A DNA stretch of 64,000 bases, taken from NCBI GenBank assembly GCA_030390025.1, contig CM059432.1:41728001-41792000 (forward strand), in the 5' to 3' direction. This stretch comes from Squalus acanthias. Its lineage: Eukaryota. Positions 1-12,374 of this stretch are shown piece by piece (position 1 is the first letter of the stretch; each line of letters begins with the position of its first letter). The notes under the pieces were generated by a model that searched no databases, was not told where the DNA came from, and saw only the letters and a program-made list of their open reading frames with translations. The translations under genes were made by a program, and so were the position numbers.

Positions 1-1875
1 GCCTATGTGTGTCCAGAAATGGAAGTGTCAGAGTGAGGGGTGAGGGCGCCTTTCATCTGTAATGATGGTGGTGAGAGTGATAGGAACCCACAGTTTATTG
101 TACAGATGCTGTATGGTGTGTTACGCGAATCTGGCATGGAATAGTGCATCCCTTGCCTCACGGCCAGCAATGTGCTCGCGTGCTGGTGGAACTGGCACAT
201 CCGCCTCCGCAAGTTCTTCCTCCTTCTCCTCCTCCTCTGAGGAGGCTGTGCACTGAGCCACTTGTTCCTCAGGAAGCGGTAAGCCACGTTGCTGTGTGAT
301 GTTGTGCAGTGCACAGCAGACCACGATGATTCTGGAGACCCTGGCTGGTAAGTACTGCAGAGCTTCATCAGATCTGTTGAGGCATCTGAATTGCATTTTG
401 AGCAAGCCGATAGTTTGGTCTAAGATGCTTCTGGTGAAAATGTGGCTCACATTGTAGCGCTCCTCAGCTTCGTTTGATGGCCTCCTCATTGGTGTCATGA
501 GCCACATCTTCAGGGGATAGCCCTTGTCTCCAAGTAGCCATCCGGAAAGTTGGGTTGGCGGATTGAACAACTGAGGCACAGTAGACTGCCGCAGGATGAA
601 CGAGTCATGGCAACGCCAGGGAACTTGGTGCAAACATGCATAATGTTCTTCCTGTGGTTACACGCCAGCTAGACGTTAAGGGAGTGGAAGCCCTTGCAGT
701 TGACAAATACAGCTGGGTTGTGTTGGGGTGCCCTAATGGCCACATGTGTTCAGTCTACGACGCCCTGCACCCTTGGAAAGCCTGCCATATTTGCAAAGCC
801 AACTGCACGCGTGGTTACACTTGCTTCATCTGTGGAGAAGTGGATGTAATTGTGCACCTTTGCAAAGAGGGCATCGGTAACCTGCGTGATGCAAGTGTGT
901 GCGGCCGACTGGGAGATGCTGCTGATGTCTGCTGATGACCCCTGGAAGGACCCTAAAGCAAAAAATTTGAGGGCAGTGGTGACTTTGACAGCCACTGGTA
1001 AGGAGTGTCCGCCCGCTCCTCTGGGCTCCAGGTGTTGGTGCAGCATTGCGCAGATGTTAGTGACTACCTCTCGCGAAAGTCTCAGCCTCCTTTGGCACTG
1101 CTGCTCACTCATGTTGAGGAAGCTCATCCTCGGCCTGTAAACCCAGTGTTGTGGGTATCTCCTGCAGCGAGGTGCAGCCCTGCGCTGATGCCCTCTGCCC
1201 TGTGCAGCATCAGGTGAGTGAGGAGGAGGTTGGCGCTCCTGTTGTTGCTGCTGCTGTTGTGCCTGTTCTGCTGTTGCCACAGCTGCTCTTCCTCCGATTC
1301 TGAGGACCAGGATGAGAGGGTATAAATGGTTCCCATTCCACTGGTATATATCTCAGTTGAGGAATAGATGTTATAAGCGCTCAGTCAATGTGGGGAGAGG
1401 GTTTTCCAAGGAGGTCACAGTGCATATGGATCTCAGCTTAACCACTTACAAGCTCAATAGATGTGCAAAATGTGTTCCAAAACCTCAAAACACAAAGTTC
1501 TGGCATCTGAAAGTCAGCCATGTTACAGGTCCGCTTTTATGCTGCAGGAGCAGCTGTCAAGAATTCAGGTAGTTGCTGAACCCGGCACAATCAGCTGGCG
1601 TGTTTGACGCATGACGTGCAACACACTGAAAAAGTCATAAAATGGGAAGAGCCTGTTAAAATGGGATTATGTAGGCAGTTAACAAGCTGTTAACTGCCTT
1701 AAGTGTCTCTCCCGCCACTTGGTGTCAGGTCTGATTGGGACTCGGAGACCCGACACTTTGCAAAGTTGTGTGGAGGTGGGATGGTGGCGGGTTCGCAACC
1801 CGCCGTCAATCATTTAGATTTTCACTCCTTACCCGCCTCCAAACCCGCCCTCTGAGCGCCGGCAAAATCGCGGCC
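1..1875 (-). mobile_element. PIF/Harbinger DNA transposon A (left part outside window)
   Basis: HARBI1-like transposase on minus strand; terminus AAAATCGCGGCC at 1864-1875 followed by TAT. Confidence 0.9.
121..1336 (-). pseudogene. Harbinger DDE transposase pseudogene
   Basis: Motifs [46 protein letters not shown] and CCALHN are split over three ORFs by frameshift and stop. Confidence 0.92.
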
Positions 1876-2341
1876 TATGGGGGTTAAAATGGGCCGAGTA
1901 GCGCCTGTTTTTAGACTCTACTTGGCCACTCAAGATTCAAAAATGGGGTACAAGATGCACACGCACATTTGTGACAGGAAGTGTGCAGGACGCCACCTTG
2001 GTAAAATAGTTTGTGTGTGCTTGCGTGCATATCGGCACGGCAGCATGCAGAGCAGGCAGATCATGATGCGAATCAGTATACAACGCTGATTTCAAGCCCC
2101 TGCTGCCATTTTGGAACTCCACAGTCCGTACCTTGCTCAGCAGAATATGGCTTGAAGGACCCACCGCCAGCACTACTTAAAGGGATCAGGCAGTACTTAC
2201 AGATTATTTATTGAATTAGTTATTTTGGCTTCTGGTTAATTCGCAGGTGTTTTTAGAGTATTTCTAGAGTTGATCAAGTTTTCATTAATCTTCAAGGAAT
2301 TATAAGGCAGCTCTATACCCCACAAGGAAGGTATTTCCAGA

Positions 2342-2470
2342 CATGGGGAGAGAGCGGGAAAGTGGTGTTGAGGCCAAGATTGGATCAGCCATGATCTTAT
2401 TGAATGGCGGAGCAGGCTCGAGTCGGCCGATTGGCCTCCTCCTGCTCCTGTTTCTTATGTTATGTTCTTA
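2342..2470 (+). mobile_element. CR1 3'-tail-only insertion
   Basis: gatcagccatgatcttattgaatggcggagcaggctcga...cttatgttatgttctta, matching CR1 3' UTRs elsewhere in the window. Confidence 0.8.
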
Positions 2471-2995
2471 TGGTACGGCTAGCTCTTGGGTTTCAACAGG
2501 ACTGGGAGAATGAAAGGAGACAGTGCAGAGCATGACAAACTTCCAGAAGAGGGAGGAGGAGGAGGAGGGCACTCAGCAGGAGCCCATATCCACAGAGGGT
2601 CTTCAGGGAGCAATTCTCTTACCTCAACTTCAGTGAGGAGCAGTGCATGAGGTGCTTTCACTTAACCACGGAGGTAGTCAGTGAGATATATCAGCTGTTA
2701 CAGCCACAACTGCATCCTCAAAGCAGGGCAAGGCCACCATTGCTCTAAATTGTTATGCCACTGGCTCTTTTCAGGCTGCAACAGGAGATATAAGTAACAT
2801 CTCACAATTTGCCGTGCACTGCTGTATAAGCGAGGTCACTGAGGCTCTCTATACTATGCAAAACACCTACATCGCAATCCACTTGTCAGAGACAAGCAGG
2901 AGGAGAGGGCACAGGGGTTTGCAAGCATTGCAGATTTCCCCATGGTGCAGGGTGCCATTGACTACATGCACATTGCCTTACATGTTCCTCATGTC

Positions 2996-3453
2996 GGGCT
3001 GGATTTTGAATGACCCATGGAGTCGGTTTTGGAGGCGTGTGGGGTGTTAAATTTGCGGGGTTGGGGGTCCCGACCCCATCCCGACTCCATCCCGCCTCCA
3101 CGCAATTTTGACAAAATCAGTCGCGGGGTTCCCGACTCCGTCCCGCGTCCAAGAGGCGGGAGAGGCCATTAAAGCCCTTAACAAGCCCTAAATTGGCTCT
3201 GTAATGCCATTTTGAAACGTTTTAGCTAGTTTAACCCTTTTCTGACGTGAAGTACGCCTGGTGTGAAACACTCCAGTGAAACCTGGCGGGAGCACGAGTG
3301 GATAGCTGACTATGAGCTGCAGGTCCACTATTACAACGGAGATGTGATGAAAGTAGTAGTATTAGGCCTGAAAGTCACTTCTGATGCTGCTGAATTGAAT
3401 GTCTTCAGAGACTGCCTGGCCTTTGCTGTGAGAGGACTTGGATGCAAAAAAAT

Positions 3454-3485
<32 letters not shown>

Positions 3486-3772
3486 CTCTCTCACATCAAA
3501 AGCCAGGCAGGTCCTCTCTGAGCAACAGCCAGACAGTCTCTGAGACCAGGCAGACAGTCTCTCACCTGCAATGCAGCAGCAATGATGACATCATCAGAGG
3601 CGACTTTCAGACTGAATCCACTAATTAGTTCATGGGTTCCCACATGCTGGAACTCAATTGCCCAATTAAGTGAAAATTGCATCATTCATCCACATTAATC
3701 TGGAGTCGGGGGGGGGGAACACGAAATGCAGATGACACGACCCCAACCCGACCCCAAGACAAAATCCAGCCC
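2996..3772. mobile_element. Non-autonomous Harbinger (MITE), GGGCTGGATTTTG family
   Basis: Perfect 13-bp TIR GGGCTGGATTTTG/CAAAATCCAGCCC; TSD GTC; interrupts transposase B; near-identical to 14080-14839. Confidence 0.92.
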
Positions 3773-4250
3773 GTCAAGTCTGCAATATTCATCAATAGAA
3801 AGGGATTCCCTCAAATGTGCAGCTGGTTTGTGACTACAAACTGCAGGCAAATGCCCGCTATCCTGGCAGCAGTCATGACTCATTCATTCTGTGGCAGTCC
3901 TTTGTGCCACCTGTATTCCAAGCAGCACTGCAAGTTAAAGGCTAGCTACTGGGCAACAAGGGGTCTGCACTTGTGACATGGCTGATGACTCCAGTCAGGA
4001 ACCCGTGCACACCTGCATAGCAGGCATGCGATGAGCCACCAGGAACATCGTAGAGCAGACCATCGGCATTCTCAAACAACGCTTCCACTGCCTGGACCTC
4101 TCAGGAGGAGCACCACAGTATTCAGCTGAGCTGGTACCCAGATAAGCGGTAGTTGCTGCATGCTGCACAACCTGGCCATTATGAGGGCACAGCCCTTGTC
4201 ACCACCTGTCAGGCGACAAGCTGAGGAGGAGGAGCATGAGGAAGAGGAAG

Positions 4251-5377
4251 TCATAGAGTCATAACGGCACAGAAGGAGGCCATTCGACCCATCGAGTCTG
4301 TGCCGGCTCTCTGTAGAGCAATCCAGTCAGTCCCATTCCCCCGCTCTATCCCCGTAGCCCTGCAAGTTTATTTCCCTCAAGTGCCTATTCAGTCTCCCCT
4401 TGAAAACATTGAGTGTCTCCGCTTCCACCACTTCCGTCGGCAGCGAGTTCCAGGTCCTCACCACTCGCTGCGTAAAAAAGTTTTTCCTCACTTCCCCCCT
4501 GTACCTCTTGCCCAAAACCTTAACTCTGTGTCCCCTAGTCCTTGTACCATCAACTAGTGGGAACAGCCTTTTCCCATCTAGCCTACCCACACCCGTCATA
4601 ATCTTGTACACCTCTATCAAATCACCCCTCAACCTCCTTTGCTCTAATGAAAACAAATCCAGCTTCTCCAACCTGTCCTTGTAGCTAAGATCCCCCATCC
4701 CTGGAACCATTCTGACAAATCTCCTCTGCACCCTCTCAAGGGCCTTCACATCCTTCCTAAAGTGTGGTGACCAGAACTGGACGCAATATTCCAGTTGTGG
4801 CCTAACCAGCACTTTATAAAGGTTCAGCATAACTTCTCTACTTTTGTACTCAATACCTCTATTTATGAAGCCCAAGATCCCATATGCTTTGTTAACCACT
4901 CTCTCAATATGTCCTGCCACCTTCAGGGACCTCTGCACATTAACTCCCAGGTCCCTCTGTCCCTGTACACTCTTTAAAACTGTGCCATTAAGTGTATATT
5001 GCCTCTCCCTGTTCCTTCTGCCAAAATGCATCACCTCACACTTCTCTGTATTAAATTCCATCTGCCACTTGTCTGCCCATTATGCTAGCCTTTCTATGTC
5101 CTGCTGCAGTCGATTGGTATCATCCTCACTGTTTGCCACACCCCCAAGTTTGGTGTCATCGGCAAATTTAGAAATTCTACTCTGTATTCCAATATCCAGG
5201 TCATTTATATTTATCACAAAAAGCAGTGGCCCCAGCACTGACCCTTGGGGAACACCACTGTCTACCATCCTCCAGTCTGAAAAACAGCCATTTACCGCAA
5301 CTCGCTGTTTTCTATCCTTAAGCCAATTCCTTATCCAAGCTGCCACTGACCCACCTATTCCATGATCCTCACTTTCG
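4251..5377 (-). mobile_element. CR1 LINE, 5'-truncated
   Basis: RT C-terminus (PQGSVLGP, KFADDTKL, LEYCVQFWSP) plus 3' UTR; inserted in the poly-Glu tail of transposase B. Confidence 0.93.
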
Positions 5378-5597
5378 AAGTGGAGGAGGATGAAGAGGAA
5401 GTGCAGGAGGAGGAAGAATTTAGACAGCCTCTTTCTGCCAGGGCTCTACATGATCATGTGATTCAAGAGCAATTCCAGTGACCTCAACTACACCTCTCCA
5501 TTCACCAATAGTCTTACACTCCTTACCTTGCTCTTTCAATAACCATCACATCGTCTTCTTCCTGACAACACTTATTGGTACCTCCCTCAGTTGGCCG

Positions 5598-5852
5598 CAC
5601 ACATGGGAATACCATTACCTGCAAGTTCCCCTCCAAGTTACACACCATCCTGACTTGGAAATATATCGCCGTTCCTTCATTGTCGCTGGGTCAAAATCTT
5701 GGAACTCCCCCCTAACAGCACTGTGGGAGTACCTTCACCACGCGGACTGCAGCGGTTCAAGAAGGCGGCTCACCACCACCTCCTCAAGGGCAATTAGGGA
5801 TGGGCAATAAATTCTGGCCTTGCCAGCGACGCCCACATCCCAGGAACAAAAA
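5598..5852 (+). mobile_element. 3' fragment of a CR1/L2-clade LINE
   Basis: Homologous to the reverse complement of the 38370-38630 LINE 3' end (ggctcaccaccacc...caagggcaattaggga). Confidence 0.75.
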
Positions 5853-5927
5853 ACCCCATAAAAACCAAAACCAAATGCAAATTCAAATTTATCAAGTGAA
5901 TAACTACATCATCCATACAATATTAAA

Positions 5928-7591
5928 CTAATCACCCTTGTGCATTCTCGTAGTGCCTGTCTTACATGTGCCTTTGCCTAATCGAGTGTTCCTGTGAGGT
6001 GCTTTCCCAGTGGCTGGAGCTTGCGAGGTGGAAGGCTGCTGACCTTCAATTGAGGAGACTGCAGATGGCCTTGGAGGACGATCTCGAGCAGCTCTAGGCC
6101 TAGAAGATACAGTTTCAGACTGCACTACCTTGGCATGAGCTGCAGCAGTCTGGGCCGACTGCTGACAGGCAACAGCAAGGGAGAGTGGCAGGACTGGGAG
6201 CAGATTCCTGTTCCATGGAGCCACTATCCCAGGGCAGCGCCGTTGCAATTCTAGTGATCTGTTGGAAAACAGATTGCTGGACTGCTGTGATGTCCTGGAA
6301 GTCAACAGTGGTACCCAGAGACCTGATGGCAACAGTCTGAGCTTCCATGGCAGTAGTCTGAGCTTCCATGGCAGCAGTCTGAGCTGTGATGGAAGCTGTT
6401 TGTGCTACGATGGAAGCTGTGATATCGGTCATCAGACACTGTATCATGGTGGGTTCCACAGGTGTGATGATGGAGGTGGCCACCTGCTCCATGTCGGAAA
6501 GGATGGGTTCCAAGCTAAGCACAAAGTCCTGATATCTGACTCCTCTGCAGCAGAACAAGTGTGCGACCTTGCCCTCCAGCAAGCTGTGGTGTCCTTCCTT
6601 TCTGCCTTGGCTCCTGTGCACTTGTGCCCGGTGTCTCACCACGGCAGATTCCTCCTCTATCCTAGACTCTAAACTAATCTCTGAGCTGGTGGCTGTGATA
6701 GTAAGATCGAGTGACAGTGTCTGTTCACCATCACTATCTTCTTCCTCTTCCTCCTCCGGCTGGGAAGGTTGCACTCTTGGGTATCTGAAGTGAAAAAGGT
6801 ACACGGGTTAGGTTGTGGTGAGGGGAGAGAAGAGAGTAAGAAATACATGCTTACACCATCGGCAGCTTGTTAGTCAGAAGAGATTGTGGGATGAGGGAGA
6901 AGTGAGAAGACAGAAGGAAGATTAGGAATGGAGTGATCCTGATCATCAACCCTTCCAGCGCCGCCAGCAGCCACGGTGATGCCCCTTCCTTTGATGGTCA
7001 GATCCATGGGGGTTAAAACGTGCAGGTGTGCTTCTCCTCCTCCAGTTTCTTGCTGCTGCCACCTGTTATGTGTCACCTTTTCCTGCAAGAAAGAGGGAAG
7101 TGCGTTAGTGAGTGCCTGCGATATGTTTGGCAGATGTGGTTGTCATGGTGAATAGCTGTCAGTGTGTGCGAGCTGTGAGTTGTGGGTGTGAGGCTTGAAA
7201 CAGAGCTAAGTGTGTGAGGATGAGGTAAAGCATATGAATTAAAATGTTCAGTACTGATTGATAGAGATTGCTAGTAGGTGTGGGATGGGGGTGTTGTGAA
7301 TTGAGCAGTTGATGAGGCTAGTGGTGCAGCTGTTAGGATATGCCATTTGATGATTGATCTCATCTTGAGAACTCTTGTCAGATGATTAAACTTGTTTTTG
7401 CACTGCATCCATGTTCTTGGAGCTATACTTTTGGCATTCACCTCCACTGCTACTTCCACCCACTGCCTCCTGAGCATATGTCTTGGGGCCTCCTGCCCCC
7501 CATGCAAATAGAGGATGTGCCTCCTTCTCTCCACCTCCTGCACCAAGGCCTCCAGTGCAGCATCAGAAAACCTTGGTGCACGTTGAGCCAT
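5928..7591 (-). pseudogene. Harbinger B Myb/SANT-like gene (three-exon, degenerate)
   Basis: MAQRAPRFSDAALEALVQEV...W..VA..VNA....RTW.QCKNKFNHL; exon 2 QEKVTHN..GGG; exon 3 acidic stretch plus heptad repeats. The first donor is mutated to AT. Confidence 0.85.
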
Positions 7592-8235
7592 CTTTCTAAA
7601 GATTTCTCAGAATCACCTGAATTCCTGACATCACTTCCAACAGCCACAATGCACCTCCCCTTTAAGAGGTGCAGGTTGCCTTTAAGTAGCACTAGCCACT
7701 CGTGCTATCGGACCCCCTCCGTATGTGTGCAGCCAATCAACAATGCGGGTAGCGTTGGTAGCACGCAGCAATCATTGCACACAGCGCAATCAACGGGCGT
7801 GGGTTAATCACCCGTTTTCGGGCGTTATCCAATTTAGCCTCCTATGTCTGCAAGTGAAGGCACTCTGCACTGTAATAGTCATGCACACAAGGATTCAGCT
7901 CGCTAAAGTTCACATGTACAGAAAAATCTTTCTGGAGGAGGCAGCACAACAGCACCGTGGTGAAAAATTCCCTGATGCTCTGCCACAGATTTTCCCCACC
8001 TTTGATAATTTCCTTTGATAATTTGCTGTCGCCTCTTCTAGCCCTCACTCTTGATGCTCTGCTGCCATTTCTTCCTGTTACTCTGCCATCTTACTCTGAC
8101 CCAGTACACCAAATGCCAAAAATTCACTTAAATTGTTTTTTTTACTGTAAAAGCATTGCACTGGTGTAAAAGTCATACTCACAACTTTTATACTGAGCAC
8201 CAAAAGACTGCTCACATAAGTTGCACTCTTAAGAT

Positions 8236-9286
8236 TCTCCTGGCTTAGTGGCAGGAGCCAGAGGGTGATGGTCGAAGGTTGTTTTTGTGACTGGAAGCCG
8301 GTGTCCAGTGGTGTACCGCAGTGATCGGTGCTGGGTCCTTTGCTGTTTATAGTGTACACTAATGATTTAGATATGAATGTAGGAGGTATGATCAGTAAGT
8401 TCGCAGATGACACGAAAATTGGTGGAGTGGTAAATAGCGAGGAGGGAAGCCTCAGGCTACAGGACGATATAGACGGGTTGGTTAGATGGGCAGAACAGTG
8501 GCAAATGGAATTTAACCCTGAAAAGTGTGAGGTGATGCATTTTGGGAGGACTAACAAGGCAAGGGAATACACAATGAATGGTAGGACCCTAGGAAGGACA
8601 GAGGATCAGAGGGACCTTGGTGTGCATGTACATAGATCCCTGAAGGCAACAGGACAGGTAGATAAGGTGGTTAAAAAGGCATATGGGATACTTGCCTTCA
8701 TTAGCCGAGGCATAGAATATAAGAACAGGGAGGTTATGATGGAGCTGTACAAAACGCTAGTTAGGCCACACTATAGGAAGGATGTGATTGCATTGGAGAG
8801 GGTGCAGAGGAGATTCACCAGGATGTTACCTGGGCTGGAGCGCTTCAGCTATGAAGAGAGACTGGACAGGCTGAGGTTGTTTTCCTTAGAGCAGAGAAGG
8901 CTGAGGGGGGACCTGATTGAGGTGTACAAAATTATGAGGGGCATAGATAAGGTAGATAGAAAGGAATTTTTCTCCTTAGTAGAGGGATCAATAACCAGGG
9001 GGCATAGATTCAAGGTAAGGGGCAGGAGGTTTAGAGGGGATTTGAGGGAAAACTTTTTCACCCTGAGGGTGGTTGGAATCTGGAACTCACTGCCTGAAAG
9101 GGTGGTAGAGGCAGGAACCCTCACAACATTCAAGAAGCATTTAGATGAGCACTTGAAACGCCATAGCATACAAGGCTACGGACCAAGTGCTGGAAAATGG
9201 GATTAGAATAGACAGGGCTTGATGGCCTGGTGCGGACACGATGGGCTGAAGGCCGAAGGGCCTCTTTCTGTGCTGTATAACTCTAT
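8236..9286 (+). mobile_element. CR1 LINE, 5'-truncated
   Basis: 292-aa RT C-terminal ORF; tail interrupted by a MITE; probable TSD taagattc (8228-8235 and 10186-10193). Confidence 0.93.
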
Positions 9287-10178
9287 GGGGGAAAAATTCA
9301 GTATCGCCCCGTTTGGGGCGCAATTATTGGCCGGGCGCAAAGATTAGTGCCTGGTGCTAATAATCGCTTCCGACTGCAAACTTGACTTTTATCGCCCCTG
9401 GAGGTGATTGGAGCGCTAAATCAGGCACTACACATCTGTCTTAAGGCGCAAAGGCCGAGGAGCGTGGCGCTAACTCAGAGCGCTGGCGAAGCCCATGTGA
9501 TGTCAGTCAGCAATGGAACACAAACACAATGGCGCCAGCCAGTTCTTAAAGGGGTGGGTTGATCTTGCTTTCCATCCACATCCTGCTCATTGCAGCCTTG
9601 AATCTCAGCCTGGAGAGACCTGTACATCAAATCTGCTGGAAAGAACAATGGAGTGAACCAGGGAAAGAGCTCAGAGTGCAACCCCCACAGTCTCTTCTAA
9701 ATCGATACAAGAAAGGGCAAGTCAAAATGAACCTGCAAAGTGCTGCTCAGTACCCAAAACTCCTTCACACAGCGTTGAATCTCTCCAGAAGTCTTTCTCT
9801 CTCTCTCTCAGAATGCGTGGTTCAAAAATGTCACCAACAAAAAAAGGCAGGAAGCGGTCGCCTTTAAATAGCGCTCCCCCGTCCCTTCCTGACAGCAAAA
9901 CGCTCCCCTCAACCTGTAGTTCCTAGCGGCAGGCGGTAAGGCAGGGGGCGCCACTCAATATCCGCTCCGGGGCGCTACCGGGGCGTTGTGCACTTGACTG
10001 ACGTCACGATCTGCCGGCGCAGGAGATCGTGGTGGTAGTGTTTAGCGCCGCCGCAAAATGTTTAGTTAATTTCGCGAGCGCCGCAAATATCGCCGCACCC
10101 GGGCGCTAGTTGCTTTGCGCCCCATTAGCGCCCTCTTAAGGTGCTAACGGGAGGCGCAACCAACTGAATTTTTCCCCC
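9287..10178. mobile_element. Harbinger MITE, GGGGGAAAAATTCAG family
   Basis: Perfect 15-bp TIR; TSD TAT; GC-rich subtermini with repeated TAGCGCC/GGCGCTA. Confidence 0.92.
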
Positions 10179-10264
10179 TATTACTCTAAGATTCATAAGT
10201 CAGAAAAACCTATAAATAACTTCTATACCAGATTTAAGGCAATTAAAACAAGATGGATATTTTT

Positions 10265-10460
10265 CTTTCGGATGAGATGTAAAAGATTCCATGGCATTAT
10301 AAAGAGGAGCAGGAGTGTTCTCGCGATGTCCTGGCCAACATTTATCCCTCAACCAACACAACCAAAAGATATTAACTGGTCATTTACTTAATTTGCTGCT
10401 TGTGGAATTCATTGGCCCGAGGTGCTTTGGAACACCCTGAGGTTGTGAAAAAAGCGAGAT
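10265..10460 (+). mobile_element. Old Deu-type SINE fragment
   Basis: gtcctggccaacatttatccctcaaccaaca resembles the core of 62272-62740. Confidence 0.65.
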
Positions 10461-10469
10461 CTTTCTCTC

Positions 10470-11440
10470 CATAGGAACAGAAGTAGGCCATTCAGCCCCT
10501 TTAGCTTGTTCTGCCATTCAATTAGATCATGGCTGATCTGTATCTTAACTCCATCTATCTGCATTGGTTCTGTAATTCTTAATTCCTTTGTCTAACAAAA
10601 ATCTATCAATCTCAGTTTTGAAATTTTCAACTGACCTAGCCGCAACAGCTTTCTGGGGAGAAAGTTCCAGATCTCCACTACCCTTTGTGTGAGGAAGTGC
10701 TTCCTGACATCACCCCTGAATGGCCTAGCTCTAATGTTAAGGTTATGCTCCCTTGTTCTAGACTCCCCCACCAGAGGACATAGTTTCTCTCTATCTACCT
10801 TATCAACTCCTTTAATCATCTTAAACACCTCAATTAGATCACCCCTTAAACTTCTATACTCAAGGGAATACAAGCCAAGTCTATGCAACCTGTCCTCATA
10901 ATCTAACCCTTTTAGCCCAGGTATCATACTGGTGAATCTGCGCTGCACCTTCTCCAAGGCCAATATATCCTTCCTGAGATGTGGTGCCCAAAACCAAATG
11001 CAGTACTCTAAATGGAGTCTAACCAGAGCTTTATATAACTGTAACATAACTGCCACTCCTTTGCATTTCAGCATCTTGAGATAAAGGCCAACATTCCTTT
11101 TTTAAAAATTACATTTATAAATATAGTGAAAAGCTGAGGCCCCAGTACAGATCCTTGGGGAACACCACTAGTCACATCCTGACAATGTGAATACATACCC
11201 ATTATCCCTACTCTCTGTCTCCCAACCAATTCCCCACCCAAGTCAATAGGTTGCCTCCAATTCCATGTGCTCTCAGTTTTGTTAACAGTCTCTTATGTGG
11301 AACCTTATCAAATGCCTTCTGGAAGTTCAAAATAACATCCATAGACACTCCCTTATGTACATTAGTTACCTCCTCAAAAAATTCAACTAGGTTCATTAGA
11401 CATGACTTACCCTTTACAAATCCATGCTGACTCTCCTCTG
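10470..11440 (-). mobile_element. Degenerate CR1 LINE
   Basis: Fragmented RT ORFs (FQKAFDKVPH, LEYCIWFWAP) and 3' UTR. Confidence 0.85.
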
Positions 11441-11503
11441 ATAAGTTTATATTTATCCATAGTGACTGTATGAATAATATTACAGTTTAAACAACATTCT
11501 CAC

Positions 11504-11644
11504 CTGAATGAGACCAACTGTCAGCCAAATACAAGTGGCTACGCCGTATCTCAGAATACGGCTCGATGGTGCAACATTGCTCTCAGCAGTTTTGTTCAAA
11601 TTAGAATAAGGATCCATTGAAGTCAGATTTGCAAAACCAACAAC
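11504..11644 (-). CDS. TMEM67: Meckelin coding exon (approx. exon 21), 141 nt
   Basis: tttcag acceptor and gtgaga donor; phase 0-0. Encodes VVGFANLTSMDPYSNLNKTAESNVAPSSRILRYGVATCIWLTVGLIQ. The next exon lies left of the window. Confidence 0.94.
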
Positions 11645-11801
11645 CTGAAAAGAATAAAACAAAGTAAATGCATTTGCAGTTCAATACAGGTTAATCCTGT
11701 GACTGGCATAAATCTAAAATTTGAGTTTGAGCAAAAAGAACCCTGAATGACATCACTTTACATTATAAAACCACATCCAGTGCAAAACCTACACAGTAAT
11801 A

Positions 11802-12374
11802 CAGGTTGAGCGTCCTGAATCTGGCAACCTCGGGACCGAGGCTGAGCCGGTTTTCGTGTTTTTCCGGACTTCGGAACGTGTTTCTGATGTCCGAAGTCCG
11901 GAAATATCGCAACCTGGGCTCGGGCGTTTCCAGACTGCGGACATCAGAAACACGTTCCGAGTCCGGAAATGCCTGGGCCGCTCTGCGTAGCGCTGACGCG
12001 TTTCTCCGCCCCATCCCTTCTGTTAAAGGGGAGGGACGCTGCGAGCTCTGCAGAGCATTCGATGGCCTACACTAGGCCACCAGGGCGGCGTGGTGCCGTG
12101 GCTGCAGCCTGGCGGAAACACTTAGTGGAGCTGTGCAGATTAAGGAGGATAAAACACAACACTAAAGTTTTATTGCATTACTCGCATTTTTCATAGGATT
12201 TTTCAAAAAAAGACAACAAAAGTTAATGGCTTTTTGAAGTACAGGGTGAGCGTCCAAAATCCGGAGTTCCGGATCATTTTACGGATTCCGGACGACCCTG
12301 CCACCAATCGTCCCGGAGTCCGGATTCTGGAACATTCCGGATTCCGGAACTCCGGATTTTGGACGCTCAACCTG
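11802..12374. mobile_element. Tc1/mariner (Tigger/pogo-like) MITE, composite
   Basis: TA|CAGGTTGAGCGTCC ... GGACGCTCAACCTG|TA; a second left end TA|CAGGGTGAGCGTCC at 12242; many TCCGGA repeats. Confidence 0.8.

Larger units (their letters stand above)
1879..7842 (+). mobile_element. PIF/Harbinger transposon B, complete but degenerate, with nested insertions
   Basis: Termini GGGGGTTAAAATGG ... CCAATTTAGCCTCC with TAT on both sides. Degenerate transposase on plus (about 2470-4250 and 5380-5480); convergent Myb gene on minus. Confidence 0.88.

Noticed and set aside
6325..6430. CRISPR-like array (also 35866-35975 and 17005-17060)
   Set aside because: Head-to-tail repeats without unique spacers, in eukaryotic TE sequence, with no cas genes.
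7843..8235. Next TMEM67 exon in the unique sequence here
   Set aside because: I found no reading resembling FYERFIEDKIRQFVDLCS; the exon is presumably left of the window.
11504..11644. SLC26 anion transporter exon
   Set aside because: Only a superficial resemblance of VGLIQ; it splices in frame after the diagnostic meckelin exon.
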